DNA of 64,000 nucleotides from Eledone cirrhosa (lineage: Eukaryota). The translations under genes were made by a program, and so were the position numbers. The notes under the pieces were generated by a model. It was given only the letters and a program-made list of their open reading frames with translations. It had not been told where the DNA came from and searched no databases. Shown piece by piece: positions 58,536 to 64,000 of the stretch (the first letter of the stretch is position 1; the number at the start of each line of letters is the position of its first letter). Location: the NCBI GenBank assembly GCA_964016885.1, contig OZ024743.1:48236001-48300000 (forward strand), in the 5' to 3' direction.

Positions 58536-59361
58536 TAATCATAACTGTTACTTTAAAATCTGATTTTTTAGGTCACCATGGGTTAGATAGTTCTATAAAA
58601 TAAAATTCATTAACCATTTGTGCCATAATTTTTATGACAATAAATTAGTATACAGATCAACACCATATTTGAAACAAATTGAAAGCAATAACTATACAAA
58701 AAAAGCAATAAGACTGCTCTAATGGTAGAAACACCAACGCACAACTCACATACAACAGAAACAATTAAAAGCCCACAGAACCATACAAAAAGCAGTACAA
58801 AACGTTAAAAAATGCTGCCATTATATTCCTATTCAAGTCCTCATCTTCCTACATTACGACATCATAATCAGCATTATTTTATGTCTGCTTTCCACACTGA
58901 CAAGGATTGGACAGGCTGTTACGGTCCAAGACCAAACAGGTCAAAGCAACCTCACATTGCTCATACATTCTATATTTGGCACACTTTCTATGGTTGGATG
59001 CCCTTCCTAACACCAATCACTTTCCAGAAAATGCTGGGTACTTTTTTTTGTGGCACCAGCCCTACCAGTTTATAGAATGTACTGGGTGTGGTTCTTTATG
59101 CACCAGCACAACCACTTTACAGGGGGTCACAGGGTGCATTTTATCACGGCACCAAGTACTACAGAAGTTGCAACATGCTCACCCATACTGAAGTGTCCTC
59201 TGAAACCTTATATTGTCTGTTTGATCACTAACACTATAGCATTCAGTCTCTCACAATGTTTACTTTTAATACTACAGTGTTTGTACTGGTGAACAGGTCT
59301 TTTGTATTATGGCATATAGCCAGACAACACTACATACAAAATACATATTGTTGTTTGTTTG

Positions 59362-59398
<37 letters not shown>

Positions 59399-60349
59399 TA
59401 AAGTCATTGTTTTTACATCTATTCTTCAATGCTTGCATGAATTCAATGAAGACCAGTGCTTATCCTTGTTTGATGAGCCGTTAAGCAACTGAGAGTACAT
59501 GACTCACCTTCAACAGGATGCCATTGTATTGCAGAACTAACCCCCAGCCACTGCTGGTACTTGTTTTCAGTTAAGTGAACTTGAGCAATGTGAAATGAAG
59601 TGCTTTATTCAAGGACACAATATGCCATCTAGTCTGAGAATCGGAACCCCGACCTTATGATCATGAGCACAACACTAACCACTAGGCCACACACTTTCAC
59701 ATATCTGAAAATACACACCACTGAAGGTAGAGGCTCTATAGCGTATAACCATAACACATGGGAAAGCTAAATATACTGCATGCAACACTAACAGTTTAAA
59801 AAAACATCTTCATTGAACAGTACTTCAACTCACACAACATATTGTAATGGAAAAAAAAATACTACAATCCCCTACAAAAGATCTCTCAAATTCCTGAGTA
59901 CACCTCCATCAAGGAAGACAGATAGAGCAACTGAGAGACACCATAACATTTTTTTTAATCACCCATCTAGTACATAGTTATCAACAACAACATACAAACA
60001 TTAGAGCATAGTAAAAGTCTAAAAAGGCAAACATTCAAGATAAAAGCATGAAAAAGAAATTTACATTTACAAATCACATCCATGGAGATTTAGCTGGTCT
60101 CCATATGGGGTTACATCTCATAAGCTTTCTTGGGAGTTTTGATGATAGGGGCCTCACTCTTACCATGAAAAGCAACATGAAATGAAGCATCTAGCTTCAG
60201 AACACAATACGCCACCTGGTCTACAAATCTTATTCTAAGTCAAACGTTCTAATCACTTTTTCTGCAACATGAAACACATTAGTAAAATAAATGTCTACAT
60301 ATCACCATCAACCATCACCTCAATGTTAAATTGATAGCTAATCCTTGAC

Positions 60350-60900
60350 ATCGCTAACCCACATATTCCCTTCTCAAAATCACACTATGGATTCAGACAA
60401 CTACACTCAATCACTAAACTACTCACGAATGAAACACAGAAGATAGATGTTGACTTCAGCAGAAAATGTTTTTTAATCTCTTACACATGTACCATTGTAA
60501 CTACCATTGACATCAGTAAAGCTTTTGATTCCATTCTGCACTATTTGCTCATACAAAACCTATTCAACATCTTAAGAAATAATACAAAATGGTGACTAGC
60601 AAACTACTTGTCAGGCTGCCAATATATTTAACAACACTTCCAGAACTTGCAATTTCACAAATGGAGTAACATGTGGATCAGTCCAATCACTAACACTTTC
60701 CAACCTACACCTACACATCCTTACCACATCCCTACAAAACATATATACAGATAGTTTCATACACAGATGACATCACACTCACATCCTACCACTATTCTCC
60801 AGACACTGCTGCACAACTACTCTAACTCTATTTAATCACCTAAAACCTGGATTCACAACAAGAGACTTCATGTAGTGCCTGCCAAATCCACTATCTTTCT
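60350..60900 (+). mobile_element. Highly degenerate LINE RT remnant
   Basis: IDISKAFDSI (~60506), GVTCGSV (~60663), TDDITL (~60763). Boundaries approximate. Confidence 0.6.
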
Positions 60901-62439
60901 TACAAAATAATTGTAGTTCAAAGCTTACACCTCACCAAGGTGATGACACAGGACCGTGACCTCTGGCACAATACAGTACTACAGAAGACCTGCCCTCCCA
61001 AATGCTTGATCTGAGGCATATATCTATATCTAATAGACAACAACTTCCTCTGCCATCTCCCCTCCCATACACCTCCCTTTGCTGTAACCATCCCTCTCCT
61101 ATTACCTATATCCTCAACATCGCCAAGCTTCTTCCCCCACCCTCCTTAGTTCCCATACCACACCATGAATTGGCACTCCCTGGAGCTACGACTAAAGTGC
61201 CCAGCACTCTCTGTATAATGGTCTTGTAGGAGTCATGACAAAAAGCGCCCAGTCCACACTGTAAAGTGGTGGTGTTGGCGACACGACAAAAAGTGGCCAG
61301 TTCACACTGTAAAATGGTGGTGTAGGTGACATGACAAAAAGCATGAAGCACACAGTTAGGAGAGGCGTCTCACTGCAGAAACCAAGCTAAAATTAGCCCC
61401 GGATGAAGGAAATATGGTCCTCTGACCTGATTCTCTCCCAAAGAGTCAACCCGTCCTACCCTAGTGTGGAAAATGGACATTAGATGATTATATATATATA
61501 TATAAATTATAAACTCCTAGTTACACAACCAAAATATGCAGTCGGATAAAAACCAGAGAGAAATTTAAGCATAATACGGCAACACCATACACAACAGAAA
61601 TAAAACACATCAAACAATTAAATATGAAAATCCTACACTACATCAAATGTCACAATAGTAATTTCAATGACAAACTTACAAACAAACCTCCTTATCAAAC
61701 ACTTTCTTAAAATCAGTCACCAGAGATAAACACTAAATACAACATAAACTATGACAGACAGTGCATTTAATCAGATATCAGAAAAGCAATCAGAGAAATG
61801 CAAAAGTTCAAAAGCATCAGGGTTTGGCAGAATTACAAACATGCACCTAGAGCCTAGATGAATTATTGCACTCACCAACATCTTCAACTACCTGTACCAA
61901 GACACCAGATTTTGGCAAAATAACATTTAAATCCTTACAAAAACAACTGAAGTAGCATTACACAGATTCATCATCTTATACACACTAAAAAAGTCCTCCA
62001 CACATTCTCCATTGCAACCTGTAAAATGAATTTGGATTACTATATTCAATCACAATGTTACTCAAGAGCCAACAAGAAAGCCTCTAAACTGTCACTTGAT
62101 CTGCCAAATCAACCTCAAACCCCAACCCACAATCTTAGAAAAGGACCCATTGGATAGTGTGGTCCTGGAATTGTGAAGGTCTTAGTGGTTAGGGTGCTGG
62201 ACTCAAAATCATAATGTTATACATTTGATTCCTGGCATGTTTGTTATGTTCTTGAGCAAGACACTTCATTTCATATTGCTTTTCATGAAGGGACTGAGAC
62301 TCCTATAAATAAAACAACTAAGAAACCTCCTATGAGATGCAACCTTGTAGGGATCCAGCTAAACTTACATAGGTGTCAGCTGTGTATTTCATTTTTTTCT
62401 GTACAGGAAAAAGATTGGATGGCTGTTTCTAGAAAATTA

Positions 62440-63200
62440 TTGATCATAAATATGCTTATGTTATTCACAGATCTTTCATGGAGAACCTGAACAACAAAAA
62501 TACTTTACATACACTATCCTAACTACCATCAATATCAACAAAGCCTTTGACTCCATTCTTTGCTGCACACTTATATAAGAGAATACCAATCAACTCCTTA
62601 AGAAACAACACAAGATGCTGGTTATCAAACCATTTAGGTCTATAAGCATCTGTGATATACAATAACACTACATCTGGAAACTTTAATTTCCAAAATATGT
62701 ACCAAAATATGCTGTCTTTGCACTCTTTTCAAACTATACATAGACAACCAGCCTACATTTTCACAAAACATACACTACAGTATATGTAAATGACATGACA
62801 CACATCCTTGTACCATTCCTCTCAGCGAAAATGTGCACCTACTCCAATCATACACCACCCACCTAAATATCTGGCTTCAAACAAACACTAAATGAAGCAC
62901 TTACCAAATGCCCCACCTAACTTTTCACCAATGAATGCCAAAGGACACCAAATAAATCAATCATCAAAACATTCAACAACATAGAAGGGGAAAAACAAGT
63001 ACTAAGAATTACAATACATCTTCAACATAGATAATACATATAGAAGCCATAATAATAAAGTAAACCAAATGACATATTTATATCACCGAGACACCACATT
63101 TGTTGAACATGCAGAAACCATAATAGTGTACAAACAATACATTGGATGCATGGTAGACTATGTCAGTCCACAAACTACACAGACCAACAAAGAACCTTCA
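62440..63200 (+). mobile_element. Second degenerate copy of the same old LINE
   Basis: INKAFDSI (~62534), YVNDMT (~62783). Colinear similarity with 60440-60900. Confidence 0.55.
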
Positions 63201-63414
63201 GTGTGTCCACTCCCTTTTCATATTTGTATGCACTATGTCTGAATAAAAAATGGGATGGTTATGTTGGAATACTTTTGACATTAGATCTGACCCGATCATA
63301 AAACAGTGCACATGGGCTACATACAAACTATCTACATAAGCAGAAGCATAATTTGTTTCTACACTGTATTCCAACTTTAAAGTCCCCTCACCCCAACAAA
63401 ATACAATCAATCTT

Positions 63415-63470
<56 letters not shown>

Positions 63471-64000
63471 CTATAAAACCTCAAAACAACCCTTTCAATA
63501 GGAATCTACATGAAACTGCCCCTTGCTCTCTGATAAGTGCTCATATTTGTATTAAAACCTACCATTGTAAATTTATAAAAGAACCTTTTATTAGTTATGT
63601 TTTGAACTTTAGATTAATAATGACAAAACTGGTTATTTTACTAATACCCCCTAAATTCCAGATTATCTTAAAAATTAATTAAAATACATTGGTAATATAT
63701 TTAATAAAAATACAGTAACAAAAGGATTAAAACATTATCCTTCCCACTCAATCCAGAAAGAAAACATAAAAGACATACACACAAATACAAACAGCTTCAA
63801 TTACTCCATTAAGTCCACTGTGTTGGAATGCACACCACACAACATGTATACATGAAGGTAAAGCAACTGTTATAATTCAACTAAATTTACCTTGGCTGTC
63901 TCTGCTATGGTTACTACCTGAACCTACAAGAGACTGGACACCATAGATAGTAACATACACAAGCTTTCATAATATACACTATATGATAATTCACATGAAT

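Overview
Eukaryotic, AT-rich, repeat-dominated DNA. The SINE, RTE and microsatellite content suggests an octopod cephalopod; this is inferred from repeat-family resemblance, not checked. The only host coding sequence I can support is one internal exon of fatty acid 2-hydroxylase (FA2H, 9208-9374, +). The rest is transposon and microsatellite: several RTE LINE families (with a PHD-like finger inside ORF2), a CR1-type LINE, tRNA-derived CORE-like and Deu/Nin-like SINEs, four Helitron pieces and a piggyBac-like MITE. A 200-N gap lies at 14586-14785. The most notable part is ~14.8-44.2 kb, where Penelope-like elements (PLEs) and solo pseudo-LTRs sit nested in (TA)n microsatellite. It holds an uninterrupted 810-aa RT/GIY-YIG ORF flanked by a ~3.3-kb inverted repeat, and five distinct hammerhead ribozyme motifs (8 copies), one with a 116-nt stem II. 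The many Ile/Tyr-repeat ORFs in the track are microsatellite artefacts. All folds and alignments were done by eye.
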